Shown here: positions 9,876-19,064 of the stretch, piece by piece
Position numbering within the stretch: position 1 is the first letter of the stretch
How the letters are laid out: the number at the start of each line of letters is the position of its first letter
Virus record (IMG/VR): IMGVR_UViG_2974779775_000001
Location: 60,108 to 124,107 of that record
Length of the DNA: 64,000 nt
Source: Samistivirus egole
Lineage: Duplodnaviria > Heunggongvirae > Uroviricota > Caudoviricetes
Strand: one strand, 5' to 3'
Notes under the pieces: generated by a model
What the model saw: only the letters and a program-made list of their open reading frames with translations
Told to the model about the DNA's origin: nothing
Database searches by the model: none
Program-made: the position numbers and the translations under genes

Positions 9876-11696
9876 TTGTCTACTGATTTTGCTGAGTTCT
9901 TCAATGCGTTGTCAGACGACGACTTTGAAGAAATTCCAGTCGATATCGAGGTCTTCGTGCAGAGCGAAGACTATCTAGGCATGCCTCATTTGTCCGAATA
10001 TCAGTACCAGCTCATTCGTGCTAGCAGTCAGATTTACAAGCAAAGCACACTGTACAACCTCTATGAGGCAGAAAAGGCAGAACGACGCTGGAAAGAAACG
10101 TGCAACGAGGTAATTGCCTGTTTGGGTAAGGGTAGTGGTAAGGACTTCACGTCAACTATTGCCTGTGCCTACATTGTTTATTTGCTGCTGTGTCTACGTA
10201 ATCCAGCAAAGTATTTTGGAAAGCCTGCTGGCGACTCCATTGACATTCTGAACATTGCTATCAACGCAGCGCAGGCCAACAACGTATTCTTTAAGGGATT
10301 CAAGAGCCGCATTGAGGGCTCTCCCTGGTTTGAAGGAAAGTATACGACCAAGGCTGGGCACATCGCTTTCGAGAAAAACATCAACGTCTACTCAGGGCAC
10401 TCTGAGCGTGAAGCCTGGGAGGGCTATAACCTCATCTATTGCGTTCTTGACGAGATTTCCGGTTTTGCACTCGACTCTACCTCTGGTAATGAGCAGGCAA
10501 AGACGGCTGACGCTGTCTATAAGATGTATCGAGCATCTGTTGACTCTCGATTCCCGGCAGAAGGAAAGGTAGTTCTTCTATCATTCCCTCGCTTCAAGAA
10601 CGACTTTATCTCTCAGAGATATGAGGCGGTAGTTGCAGAAAAGGAAGTAGTCGAGCGTAGCCATGTATTCAAGCTTGACCCTGAACTACCAGACGAGATT
10701 GAGGAAAACAAGTTCAGCATTAAGTGGGAGGAAGACCATATCATTTCCTACCACGTTCCTCGCGTCTATGCCCTGAAGCGTCCTACCTGGGAAGTCAATC
10801 CAACTCGTCAGATTGAAGACTTTACGACCGCATTCTTCACTGACCCAATTGATGCCCTTTCTCGATTTGCGTGTATGCCACCTGACGCCATTGATGCATT
10901 CTTCAAGGACAAGGAGAAGGTGGAAGCCTCTTTCGTTCGTCCTAATGGAGTTGACGAAGACGGCTCATACAGGGCAGACTTTACACCGAAGGAGGGTGTG
11001 CGCTACTATGTACACGTAGACCTTGCGCAGAAGCATGACCACTGTGCTGTAGCTCTTGCTCACGTTGAGAAGTTCGTACAGAAGAAGATTGGTGGTCAGC
11101 TTAACGAAGTGCTTCCTTATGTTGTGGTTGATGCTGTCCGATGGTGGACACCAAAGCCCGGTAAGGATGTTGACTTCGCTGATGTAAGAGACTACATTAC
11201 AGGATTGAAGCGCAGAGGTTTCGACCTCCGCCTAGTGACCTTTGACCGCTGGAACTCTAATGACCAGATGAAGTATCTGCGAGGAGTCGGTATTAATTCC
11301 GAGGTTCTTTCAGTGGCAAAGAAGCACTACGAAGACTTGAGCTGGGTCATCTATGACCAGAGACTTATGGGTCCAGATGTATCATTGCTCAAGAGGGAAT
11401 TGCTAGCACTGCGTATCATGCCAAATGACAAGATTGACCACCCTAGAACGGGGTCAAAGGACTTGGCTGATGCAACGTGTGGAGCAGTTCACAATGCAAT
11501 TACATACACGCCACGAGACGAGTTTGCTACCATTGAGGTACAAACGTACGAGTCAATCAGGCGGGCAGAAGTTGAGGCCAAGCGTGAGGAGCTTGACATG
11601 GCTCGTGAACGTGATAATGTAATTGAAGTGCCTCGTGAGCAAAGAAAGATGCCAGATGAATTGGCTGATTATCTCACGAAGCTAGAAATTATCTGA
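9876..11696 (+). CDS. terminase large subunit
   Basis: 606 aa with an ATPase-like GKGSGKD and Walker B (VLDEISGF) plus a C-terminal acidic nuclease region. Flanked by an HNH gene as in many phages. Confidence 0.6.
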   Translation: MSTDFAEFFNALSDDDFEEIPVDIEVFVQSEDYLGMPHLSEYQYQLIRASSQIYKQSTLYNLYEAEKAERRWKETCNEVIACLGKGSGKDFTSTIACAYIVYLLLCLRNPAKYFGKPAGDSIDILNIAINAAQANNVFFKGFKSRIEGSPWFEGKYTTKAGHIAFEKNINVYSGHSEREAWEGYNLIYCVLDEISGFALDSTSGNEQAKTADAVYKMYRASVDSRFPAEGKVVLLSFPRFKNDFISQRYEAVVAEKEVVERSHVFKLDPELPDEIEENKFSIKWEEDHIISYHVPRVYALKRPTWEVNPTRQIEDFTTAFFTDPIDALSRFACMPPDAIDAFFKDKEKVEASFVRPNGVDEDGSYRADFTPKEGVRYYVHVDLAQKHDHCAVALAHVEKFVQKKIGGQLNEVLPYVVVDAVRWWTPKPGKDVDFADVRDYITGLKRRGFDLRLVTFDRWNSNDQMKYLRGVGINSEVLSVAKKHYEDLSWVIYDQRLMGPDVSLLKRELLALRIMPNDKIDHPRTGSKDLADATCGAVHNAITYTPRDEFATIEVQTYESIRRAEVEAKREELDMARERDNVIEVPREQRKMPDELADYLTKLEII

Positions 11697-11710
11697 CCGA
11701 AAGGTATGCC

Positions 11711-12232
11711 ATGCCGAGCTTAAAGTTCAATCGTAAGGAGATTGTCAAGGCATTGACTCTTCGTGATGGACTCATATGTCGATACCCTGGCTGTGAGACT
11801 CCATTCACAAAGGACAATGGCCCTACTATTGACCACTGGTTTCCATTGAGTGCTGGTGGCACGTGGGACCTTGACAACCTCAAGTTGATGCACAAGAAGT
11901 GCAACTCTGCCAAGGGCGACAAGATACCTCTTGACGACGGTACCTTGCCTGTGGTAGAAAAGAAGCAGCGGGTCAGCCGAGCTGTGAAGCGAAGCGAACG
12001 CCCAGTAGTTTGTGAGCAGTGTCAGTCTGGTAGACTGCTTGGTCCAGACGAAGAGTGTGACCAGTGTGGTAGTGGTCCTATGCCACCTTCTTACCCTCAA
12101 TGGAGTAAGATGCGTGCAAACGAGTGTACCCATGAGGGTATCTGGTGGTGTTGGGCCTGCATCTCTGGCGTAGTTGACAGGGTGCCTGCTTCTAAGATAG
12201 TGTTTGATGGAGGAGAACCGGGGATAGACTAG
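11711..12232 (+). CDS. HNH endonuclease
   Basis: HNH motif DHWFPLSAGGTWDLDNLKLMHKKCN plus C-terminal cysteine pairs. Confidence 0.8.
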   Translation: MPSLKFNRKEIVKALTLRDGLICRYPGCETPFTKDNGPTIDHWFPLSAGGTWDLDNLKLMHKKCNSAKGDKIPLDDGTLPVVEKKQRVSRAVKRSERPVVCEQCQSGRLLGPDEECDQCGSGPMPPSYPQWSKMRANECTHEGIWWCWACISGVVDRVPASKIVFDGGEPGID

Positions 12233-12259
12233 TCCCCGGTACCTCTAAAAAGGAGAGTA

Positions 12260-12865
12260 ATGACTGACGTAGATATTGTTCTTATCGTAGACCGCTCTGG
12301 TAGCATGTCTAGGATTAAGGACGAGGCAGAAGGTGCCCTCAACAGGTTCCTTGATGAGCAGCAGAATGTTGAGGGTGATGTTTTTGTCACCTACGTGCAG
12401 TTTGATGATGTATACGAGACCAAGTTTGAGAAGGTTGGTCTTGCCAATGCGGTTGGTACAGTAAGTATTCAGCCTCGTGGTATGACCGCCCTTCTTGACG
12501 CAATCGGTAAGACCGTAGTAAACTATGTACCACAGACCAAGAAGACAATCTATGTCATCATGACTGATGGCCTGGAGAACGCTTCTCAGGAGTGGACAGT
12601 AGAAACGGTCAACCAGCTCGTTACGGAATCAAAGCAGCACGGTGATGAATTCGTATACCTCGGTGCCAATCAGGACGCCATCGCAGTAGGCTCAAAGCTG
12701 GGAATCCCTGTGGCTTCCAGCCTAACGTTCGCTGCGGACAAGGCAGGACTTGACGCGGTATCAAGGAGTATGACAAGCTATGTAACAGCGACTCGCTCTG
12801 GACTCGCCTACGAGTTCACTGATGAGGACCGTAAGAACGCTACAGGCTTGACAGACAGCGAGTGA
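12260..12865 (+). CDS. vWA-domain protein
   Basis: MIDAS motif DRSGSMS at the N-terminus. Confidence 0.7.
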   Translation: MTDVDIVLIVDRSGSMSRIKDEAEGALNRFLDEQQNVEGDVFVTYVQFDDVYETKFEKVGLANAVGTVSIQPRGMTALLDAIGKTVVNYVPQTKKTIYVIMTDGLENASQEWTVETVNQLVTESKQHGDEFVYLGANQDAIAVGSKLGIPVASSLTFAADKAGLDAVSRSMTSYVTATRSGLAYEFTDEDRKNATGLTDSE

Positions 12866-12972
12866 GCTGTTAAAGTAGTAAATGTGGGTCGAACGAAAGT
12901 TGGTTATCTTTCAATAATGGTGAATACGCTCCGATAGGGGCTCTCCGACTTTCAAACACTTATCCACACAAT

Positions 12973-13043
12973 GCATCGGTAGTTTAATGGTAGAACGTCT
13001 GACTTCCAATCAGACAGCGCGGGTTCGATTCCCGCTCGGTGCT
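12973..13043 (+). tRNA. tRNA-Gly (anticodon TCC)
   Basis: Cloverleaf by eye: acceptor GCATCGG/TCGGTGC, D-loop TTTAATGGTA, anticodon loop CTTCCAA, T-arm GCGGG-TTCGATT-CCCGC. Confidence 0.7.
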
Positions 13044-13076
13044 CTTAGCCCATAAACAGCGCTTGCGCAGGGCACC

Positions 13077-13151
13077 TTCCCCCGTGGTCCGTGTGGCTGG
13101 CCACTGAGACTCTGAATCTCAGGTACGTAGGTTCGACTCCTGCCGGGGGAG
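13077..13151 (+). tRNA. tRNA-Gln (anticodon CTG)
   Basis: Acceptor TCCCCCG/CGGGGGA, anticodon stem CTGAGA/TCTCAG with loop CTCTGAA, T-loop TTCGACT. The D-arm is unclear. Confidence 0.55.
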
Positions 13152-13279
13152 CTGGTCCGACTTCGTGATATCGGTGACAATAACTGATTCGGAACGCATA
13201 ATAACCATGGTAAAAGTGCGGAAAGAGGATGTAACGATAATCGGAAGCGATGGGTAAAACCTCCTCGGACCGACAACAT

Positions 13280-13350
13280 ATGCCCTAAGTGTTACGGTAG
13301 CACGTTGGTCTCCAAAACCAAAAGCGTAGGTTCGACTCCTACAGGGCGTG
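13280..13350 (+). tRNA. tRNA-Trp (anticodon CCA)
   Basis: Anticodon stem TTGGT/ACCAA with loop CTCCAAA, T-arm GTAGG-TTCGACT-CCTAC, acceptor ATGCCCT/AGGGCGT. Confidence 0.65.
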
Positions 13351-13556
13351 CTTTGACGAAACTCGCCTTAGAAGGCATGAACGATGGTGGTCAGCATAAA
13401 CCATTTAGTAAGCCCGAGAGTAGTATCAAAAGGACATCGGCCATGCTGAGGTCGTCTGAGTAGAGAAGTAGGGGATAAGGTCCCGAATGGCGTCAAAACC
13501 ATTTAACAAACGCCCGGTATCGAAAGGTACCGGGCACAATCATATCCGGAGGAAAC

Positions 13557-14009
13557 ATGGGATATTACACCGACTTCACACTAAGCGCTGAGGGTCGTGG
13601 CCCAGTCTATGATAAGATGATGAACCAAAAGGACAAGATTATCTTCTCCAGTGGAGACTACGATTTCGTCCTCGGAGAGTGGCTTGACAGAAACTACTCA
13701 CAGAACCTAAAGTGGTATGACTGGGAGAAGGACATGAAACAGCTCTCACGTGAGTGGCCAAACGTCCTGTTCATCCTTGAGGGTGATGGTGAAGAGGCTG
13801 GTGACCTCTGGAAGGCATGGTTCCGAAATGGAGAAATGCACAAGCTAGAGGCTAAGATTATCTTTGAGACAATCAAGCCAGACCTGGACAAACATCTTCC
13901 ATACGACCACAGCCTTGACAAGCGTCTTGGTGAGCAGTACAAGAAGGAGCTTGAGGCAGAGATTGCCAAGCTACAGGGTCAGCTTGACGAACTGAACCAG
14001 AAGGAGTAA
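13557..14009 (+). CDS. hypothetical protein
   Basis: RBS GGAGG precedes the ORF. The C-terminus is coiled-coil-like. Confidence 0.5.
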   Translation: MGYYTDFTLSAEGRGPVYDKMMNQKDKIIFSSGDYDFVLGEWLDRNYSQNLKWYDWEKDMKQLSREWPNVLFILEGDGEEAGDLWKAWFRNGEMHKLEAKIIFETIKPDLDKHLPYDHSLDKRLGEQYKKELEAEIAKLQGQLDELNQKE

Positions 14010-14168
14010 AGTGGCTCTTACAGGCAGCAATGGACAGTGTTGGTTCCAGCGCTGTTCAAGAAAGGCTACTGTCACGATTAGGTACCACAACAAATCTGTG
14101 GTAGTCTGTGAAGGACACAAGAACCTGGACGGCAAAGGCTGTCCACCGAGTAGGCGAAAGCCGAAGAG

Positions 14169-14197
14169 TTGACACTCGCTAGAGCGTCTGCTAAGAT
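14169..14197 (+). promoter_or_regulatory. sigma-70/SigA-type promoter upstream of a tRNA cluster
   Basis: TTGACA-N17-TAAGAT. Confidence 0.45.
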
Positions 14198-14225
14198 TAA
14201 GTACAACGGCAGGGAAACCTGCTAT

Positions 14226-14297
14226 CAGGCACGGGGAAGATGGTAATCCGTTGGCTTTGGAAGCCTAAGAAACTCGGTTCGATTCCGAGGTGCCTGA
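14226..14297 (+). tRNA. tRNA-like, anticodon loop UGG (Pro-like), weak stems
   Basis: Acceptor CAGGCAC/GTGCCTG and T-arm CTCGG-TTCGATT-CCGAG are good. The D stem has 3 bp and the anticodon stem has a mismatch. It may be a pseudogene. Confidence 0.35.
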
Positions 14298-14302
14298 CTT
14301 CC

Positions 14303-14375
14303 GGGATATAGCTCAGCTTGGTCAGAGCGCTGCATTTGGGATGCAGAAGTCGCTGGTTCGAATCCAGTTATCCCG
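14303..14375 (+). tRNA. tRNA-Pro (anticodon TGG)
   Basis: Acceptor GGGATAT, D-arm GCTC-AGCTTGGTC-AGAGC, anticodon stem CTGCA/TGCAG with loop TTTGGGA, T-arm GCTGG-TTCGAAT-CCAGT. Confidence 0.7.
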
Positions 14376-14378
14376 ACT

Positions 14379-14451
14379 GGTTCCATAGGATAATGACTAA
14401 TCCGCCCTTCCAGGGGAAGGGTAATACCGGTTAAATTCCGGACTAGGAACC
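14379..14451 (+). ncRNA. tRNA-like element / probable pseudo-tRNA
   Basis: Good acceptor (GGTTCCA/GGAACC), a D-arm and an anticodon-like stem. The T-loop is non-canonical (TTAAATT), the anticodon loop lacks U33, and the geometry is off by 2 nt. Confidence 0.3.
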
Positions 14452-14622
14452 ACCAACTTTTGGGTCGATTGAGACACGGTTATCTTACACAATGGATACT
14501 AGGTTCGATTCCTAGGGGTGCTGTAAAAGGTGCTCTGTAAAGTCATCTCAGATGTGTGTGGTAGGATGACATTAGGTACTACACTCTCTCCGTTCTCGCC
14601 ACTTACCTAAAGGATTTACATT

Positions 14623-15144
14623 ATGACGGTACTCCTAAGAACAATTCATGGTTCGCATCTGTACGGTCTCGCTCACGCAGGTTCGGATAAAGACATCTAC
14701 GAAGTGGTTGCTACAAAGCGAACCAAGCGGAAGCGCAATATTAAGCAAACCATCGTGAATGGAATTGACAAGACGGTCGTTGACCTCTCGACATTCATGC
14801 ACATGGTTGACGAATGCGTACCTCAAGCACTTGAAGCGCTATGGACGCCGGTACCAGATGTGGATGAAATCCACCAGTTCCGGACACAATATCGAGTGAA
14901 TCGCGCCAAGATGAAGGAAGTATACATTCGTACCGCTCTGAACTTCGCCAAGCATGAAGACGTAAAACGAAAGCGACATGCTATTCGTCTCCTTCTAAAC
15001 CTTGGTGAGGCCCTGGAATACGGTAAGTTCAATCCACGGCTGTCCACTATGGACAAGTTCATTCTCCGCTCATCACTCGGAGAGTCTGGAGCATATGAGG
15101 ATGTCTTTCTGGGCGTTCTCGATGAAGTGCAAAAGTGGGTCTAA
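14623..15144 (+). CDS. nucleotidyltransferase-fold (Pol beta-like NTase) protein
   Basis: Minimal NTase motif HGSHLYGLAHAGSDKDIYEVV (GS-x-D-x-D). Confidence 0.45.
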   Translation: MTVLLRTIHGSHLYGLAHAGSDKDIYEVVATKRTKRKRNIKQTIVNGIDKTVVDLSTFMHMVDECVPQALEALWTPVPDVDEIHQFRTQYRVNRAKMKEVYIRTALNFAKHEDVKRKRHAIRLLLNLGEALEYGKFNPRLSTMDKFILRSSLGESGAYEDVFLGVLDEVQKWV

Positions 15145-15157
15145 CGGCTCACGCCAA

Positions 15158-15234
15158 TGGGGCGTATACCCTCACTCTGATAAAGTGTAGAAAGGTTAAT
15201 CGGTTACATGTGGGTTCAATTCCCACCGTCCCAA
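15158..15234 (+). ncRNA. atypical tRNA-like element
   Basis: Acceptor TGGGGCG/CGTCCCA and T-arm GTGGG-TTCAATT-CCCAC are present, but the 45-nt interior does not fold into canonical D and anticodon arms by eye. Confidence 0.3.
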
Positions 15235-15276
15235 CTGGTCTTCATTGGAGGACCCTAATAGAAACCCTTTAAAACA

Positions 15277-17091
15277 ATGGTAGATTTCGACAAGAGACAT
15301 TCCAAAGAGCTTGTGAAACGCCCTGACACAGACCTGGTTGATACCAGGTCTTTTCGGTCTTCCGGTCAGGGTGCATTTTCGCATGTCCGAAAGGGAATGA
15401 AAGTAACTACGAAGGCCGTTCTGGATTGGGTCTACCTGAACGACTATAAGGAAGAGATTGCCAAGGCTAAGATGGATGGCAATCTGGAAAAGGCCCGGAA
15501 GTTGAAGATAGAGCAAGAGAAGCGTAGTGAGCCAAGGCGCAAGAGATTCTACTCTGTCCTTGCTGTACTGATTGCGCTTCTTGGTTGGGCCTACGTCACA
15601 TGGGCGATTGTTCCAATTGTTGTGGTGCTTGCTGTGAGCCTTCTTGCCATGTGGTTCGTAGGTAGTGGCGTCAAGCCTAAGCAGCTTGTGTCAGCAATAA
15701 CAGGAAAGGAAGAGGAGCTTGACCCTATGGAGCCTTTCCCAATTGCAGACGCTCGCACGAGAGATGAGGCGCAGGAATGCTTGAGGCGTGCGCTACTTGC
15801 TGAGGGAATCACTCCCAGGGTTATCTTGGAACCAACTCGTTACAATTGGGGCTGGGAAATCCCGGTAGTTCTGAGAAAGGGAACTCCTGATGATGTAATG
15901 TCTAAGGCTAAGAAGATGGAAACGCTACTAAGACTTCCTACTGATGGAATGCTAGTAGCTGCTACTCGATTCCGGGCCGAAGTTGTCATCAGACTTATGC
16001 AGACTGACCCGTTTGCAGATATGACCCCAGAGCACAGAGCAGAACCCCTTTCTCGCTCAATCAAGAAGAAGTACAAGATTGCTCAGCGAATGGATGGTCA
16101 GTTTCTCGAACTCAGCTTGCTTCGAAATCACGCAGTAATCATTGCTGCGCCTGGTGGTGGTAAGTCAATGTTCATGCGTAAGCTGGCAGACATCACCACT
16201 AGCTGTAGAGACTGTGTAACTTGGGACATTGACCCTGGTGGCAATGGACTCGAAGTCTTCGGAAGGGCTATCGCAAGGCGCGGTAGGACGGAAGAGGAAA
16301 TTGAAGAAATGCTAACCGAGGCTCTGGAGTACACCAAGATTCGTGCAAAGAAGCTGACGAAGCTAGGAATGGGTGACAACTGGCAGCCAACCAAGGAACA
16401 CCCTGCTCTCATCATCTTCATTGACGAGTTTATTCAGCTCAATAAGAAGTGCAAGGATTTGGCTGTGCAGATTATCCGCAATGGACGTAAGTCAGCTATT
16501 ACTGTCGTTATGGCAGCACAGCAGGCTACAAAGGACACTCTTGGTGCCGCCATTGCAGATGCAGTAAGCATCAAGGTAATGTTTGCTTCTCGTCACGCTG
16601 ACGTACCTCTCGTGTTCGGAGAGGGCATGTTGTCACAGGGCTGGAGACCTGATAAGCTACATCCAGCATCAGGTGAGGACGTCGAAGACGCTGGTAAGTG
16701 CTACATCTTGGGCGGTGGCTCAAGAGAACCATACCTGTACAAGGTCTTCCCAATCGAACCAGATGAGGCAATTGAAATGGGTGACGAGCGTGAAGCAGAG
16801 GGCATGCCCGAGCTTGACAAGGACACCTACCTAGATGTTACAGTTACAGACACAACCGACAAGCGCATGCTTGAGGACGTGCTTGACATCTTTGAGAACT
16901 TCGACGAGAATGATTGGCTACCAGCCAGCATCTTGGTCAAGGAACTCAAGGGCTACGGCCACACCTTGACAGCTCGTCAGTTGCATGAGATTCTAGGGGA
17001 TACCGGCCGAGAGAGCCGTATTTGGGAAGGGTCCAAGTACAAGGTGGCTGGTTATTTCAGGAAGAACATCGAGAAGCAATTGGAGAAGTGA
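15277..17091 (+). CDS. FtsK/SpoIIIE-family DNA translocase-like ATPase with N-terminal transmembrane segments
   Basis: Transmembrane region (VLAVLIALLGWAYVTWAIVPIVVVLAV), Walker A IIAAPGGGKSMF and Walker B IIFIDEF. Confidence 0.7.
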   Translation: MVDFDKRHSKELVKRPDTDLVDTRSFRSSGQGAFSHVRKGMKVTTKAVLDWVYLNDYKEEIAKAKMDGNLEKARKLKIEQEKRSEPRRKRFYSVLAVLIALLGWAYVTWAIVPIVVVLAVSLLAMWFVGSGVKPKQLVSAITGKEEELDPMEPFPIADARTRDEAQECLRRALLAEGITPRVILEPTRYNWGWEIPVVLRKGTPDDVMSKAKKMETLLRLPTDGMLVAATRFRAEVVIRLMQTDPFADMTPEHRAEPLSRSIKKKYKIAQRMDGQFLELSLLRNHAVIIAAPGGGKSMFMRKLADITTSCRDCVTWDIDPGGNGLEVFGRAIARRGRTEEEIEEMLTEALEYTKIRAKKLTKLGMGDNWQPTKEHPALIIFIDEFIQLNKKCKDLAVQIIRNGRKSAITVVMAAQQATKDTLGAAIADAVSIKVMFASRHADVPLVFGEGMLSQGWRPDKLHPASGEDVEDAGKCYILGGGSREPYLYKVFPIEPDEAIEMGDEREAEGMPELDKDTYLDVTVTDTTDKRMLEDVLDIFENFDENDWLPASILVKELKGYGHTLTARQLHEILGDTGRESRIWEGSKYKVAGYFRKNIEKQLEK

Positions 17092-17315
17092 TGGAAGCCG
17101 TACTCGTCGGCCCTGTCATCCTCTGGGTTCTAATCTCACTCTACCTTGTCAAGAAGAAGGGTAAGCAGTGGCCGGAACTCATGTGGGGCATCGTAGGAGG
17201 TCTCATCCTTGCCACCATCTTTACCGGTCTTCCTAAGACCGTGTATAACATGGCTGACACTGGATGGAACGGTATCGTCAGCGTGGCACAGAGCATCACC
17301 AACTCTCAGGGTTGA
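17091..17315 (+). CDS. small membrane protein
   Basis: ATGA overlap with the upstream stop codon and two predicted transmembrane helices. Confidence 0.5.
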   Translation: MEAVLVGPVILWVLISLYLVKKKGKQWPELMWGIVGGLILATIFTGLPKTVYNMADTGWNGIVSVAQSITNSQG

Positions 17316-17340
17316 CAGGTGCTCGTGCTCGCTGTAAGAT
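17312..17340 (+). promoter_or_regulatory. SigA-type promoter
   Basis: TTGACA-N17-TAAGAT upstream of a tRNA. Confidence 0.45.
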
Positions 17341-17372
17341 ATAACTAAACCTAGTCCTTCCGGGCTAGCGGA

Positions 17373-17446
17373 GCGCCAGTAGCATAACGGTTCAATGCAG
17401 TAGGCTTATATCCTACCGAGAGAAGGTTCAATTCCTTCCTGGCGTA
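17373..17446 (+). tRNA. tRNA-Ile (anticodon TAT)
   Basis: Acceptor GCGCCAG/CTGGCGT, D-arm GCAT-AACGGTTCA-ATGC, anticodon stem GTAGG/CCTAC with loop CTTATAT, T-arm GAAGG-TTCAATT-CCTTC. Confidence 0.65.
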
Positions 17447-17520
17447 CTTGTGGGTCGAAGATGATTGTTTATCTTCAAATCAGCGTGTTGGAGGTTCGAA
17501 TCCTTCCTGGGGACTTCATT
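17447..17520 (+). ncRNA. degenerate tRNA-like segment (T-arm only)
   Basis: T-arm GGAGG-TTCGAAT-CCTTC and a 6-bp hairpin with an 8-nt loop, with no acceptor or D-arm partner. It directly abuts tRNA-Ile. Confidence 0.3.
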
Positions 17521-17623
17521 GTCCTCGGTAACTCAATGGCAGAGTAGCTGACATTGCCCGAATGGGCTAGACGATTGTCACACCTTATCCACATTACAAA
17601 CAACTACTAACTAAGGAATAACC

Positions 17624-17791
17624 GTGGCTGCTCTTTCACATGCAGTGGGTACCAGAGTTAAAGTTACAAATGGGTCTTACAAGAACACGACTGGAACTGT
17701 TCAGGTAAGGGATGGCCACAAGGTCATCGTTTCTGACAAGGACAACGCGGTTCTGTTTGGTGCCCATGACCGTATGGTCGAAGTTCTCTAA
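17624..17791 (+). CDS. small KOW-like protein
   Basis: 55-aa ORF with a GTG start after RBS TAAGGAA, containing VGTRVKVTNGSYKNTTGTV. Confidence 0.4.
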   Translation: MAALSHAVGTRVKVTNGSYKNTTGTVQVRDGHKVIVSDKDNAVLFGAHDRMVEVL

Positions 17792-17800
17792 GGAGGCACA

Positions 17801-17959
17801 ATGGCTTATTTCGAGGGCCAGAAGATTTGGGTTGGAAACGAACCTGGTATTTACTGGGGAGATTCTGAGAACCCAACCTTGGCAAAGGTAGAGGTTCCCG
17901 AGGGTTCTGGGAACGTCGTGCTCTGTGTAAAGAAGCAAATCAACGTTCGGAATGACTGA
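17801..17959 (+). CDS. small hypothetical protein
   Basis: 52-aa ORF directly preceded by RBS AGGAGG. Confidence 0.4.
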   Translation: MAYFEGQKIWVGNEPGIYWGDSENPTLAKVEVPEGSGNVVLCVKKQINVRND

Positions 17960-17966
17960 ACGTTTT

Positions 17967-18051
17967 GGAAGGTAAGCGATTGGCTAGCAGGAGTCTTGGA
18001 AAGGCTCTAAGGGTGTTACAGCCCGGCAGGGTTCAATTCCCTGGCCTTCCG
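17967..18051 (+). tRNA. tRNA-Ser (anticodon GGA), class II
   Basis: 85 nt. Acceptor GGAAGGT/GCCTTCC, anticodon stem GAGTC/GGCTC with loop TTGGAAA, a long variable arm, T-arm CAGGG-TTCAATT-CCCTG. Confidence 0.65.
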
Positions 18052-18064
18052 CAGGAGGTGCAAT

Positions 18065-18283
18065 ATGATAATCTGTGGTGACACAGTTGAAGTAAAGCAC
18101 GACCGTCCTAATGTTGACCCTGATTACTACGGTAAGCGTGGCAGGATTCACAAAAGGACTCGCATTCTCGGTGCTCTTGGTGCTGGGCAATACGAAATCA
18201 TGTTCTTCGAAAGAGGACTCAATCACCCTATCATGGGTGTGATGGGTGGCTTTAACGAAGATGACCTGGAAGTCATTCGCTGA
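18065..18283 (+). CDS. hypothetical protein
   Basis: RBS GGAGGTG precedes the ORF. Confidence 0.5.
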   Translation: MIICGDTVEVKHDRPNVDPDYYGKRGRIHKRTRILGALGAGQYEIMFFERGLNHPIMGVMGGFNEDDLEVIR

Positions 18284-18292
18284 CTTCCCTAT

Positions 18293-18378
18293 GGAGGCAC
18301 GCATTGGAGTGCTTATAGGTCTTGAAAACCTTGAAGGTGTAGTGATATGCCGTGGGGGTTCGACTCCCTCTGTCTCCG
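18293..18378 (+). tRNA. tRNA-Ser (anticodon TGA), class II
   Basis: 86 nt. Acceptor GGAGGCA/TGTCTCC, anticodon stem AGGT/ACCT with loop CTTGAAA, a long variable arm, T-loop TTCGACT. Confidence 0.6.
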
Positions 18379-18383
18379 CTCCC

Positions 18384-18413
18384 GCCCGGTACTAATTGTG
18401 CCGGGCATTTTCT
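18384..18413 (+). terminator. rho-independent terminator
   Basis: GCCCGG-N11-CCGGGC followed by ATTTTCT. Confidence 0.5.
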
Positions 18414-18425
18414 ATAGGAGGAATC

Positions 18426-18638
18426 ATGAAGCCCGAAGAAGAACTTCGCTTCTATGAGAATCTTAAGCGTGACCTTCCTGGCAAGGAGAGGGAGCTTAAG
18501 TCAATGGAGCAAACTATGCGTGGCAAGAAGGGTGCCGAGCTTGATGCAATTAAGCGCAAGGCTGCTACCCTGGCAATGGAAATTGGTGGAATGAAGAACA
18601 CCATCAAGGCCATTAAGCATAAGCGTGGTCTTAAATGA
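18426..18638 (+). CDS. hypothetical protein
   Basis: RBS AGGAGG precedes the ORF. The protein is charged and helical. Confidence 0.5.
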   Translation: MKPEEELRFYENLKRDLPGKERELKSMEQTMRGKKGAELDAIKRKAATLAMEIGGMKNTIKAIKHKRGLK

Positions 18639-19027
18639 CGGCAGCTCTTATCGGAGTTTTGCTCCACTTTGTAGGTGATTACATCATTCAGACAGACTGG
18701 ATGGCACAGCTCAAGACAAAGCGGTGGGCACCAGCAATTGTCCATGGTGTCACATACGGTGTCCCATTCCTGTTTGTCACGATGTCACCAATAGCCTTGG
18801 CTGTCATCATTGTCACTCACATTGTCATCGACCATTATCGCCTGGCAAGACATGTGGTTTGGGCAAAGAATCAACTTGCTCCGAAGGAATGGCGATATTC
18901 CTGGAGCGAAGGTAACCTAACTGGTTACCGAAATGACGGGCCTCCTTGGCTCAATACCTGGCTGATGATTATCGCGGATAACACTATTCACGTAATCATC
19001 AACACTCTAGCCATCCTCTATCTATGA
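18635..19027 (+). CDS. membrane protein
   Basis: Several hydrophobic helices. Confidence 0.5.
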   Translation: MTAALIGVLLHFVGDYIIQTDWMAQLKTKRWAPAIVHGVTYGVPFLFVTMSPIALAVIIVTHIVIDHYRLARHVVWAKNQLAPKEWRYSWSEGNLTGYRNDGPPWLNTWLMIIADNTIHVIINTLAILYL

Positions 19028-19064
19028 GGATGGCTTTTAGTGTTTTTGGTGATAAAATGAATGC

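Noticed and set aside
13152-13279. Possible additional tRNA between tRNA-Gln and tRNA-Trp.
   Set aside because: No T-loop consensus and no cloverleaf. It is recorded only as a structured spacer.
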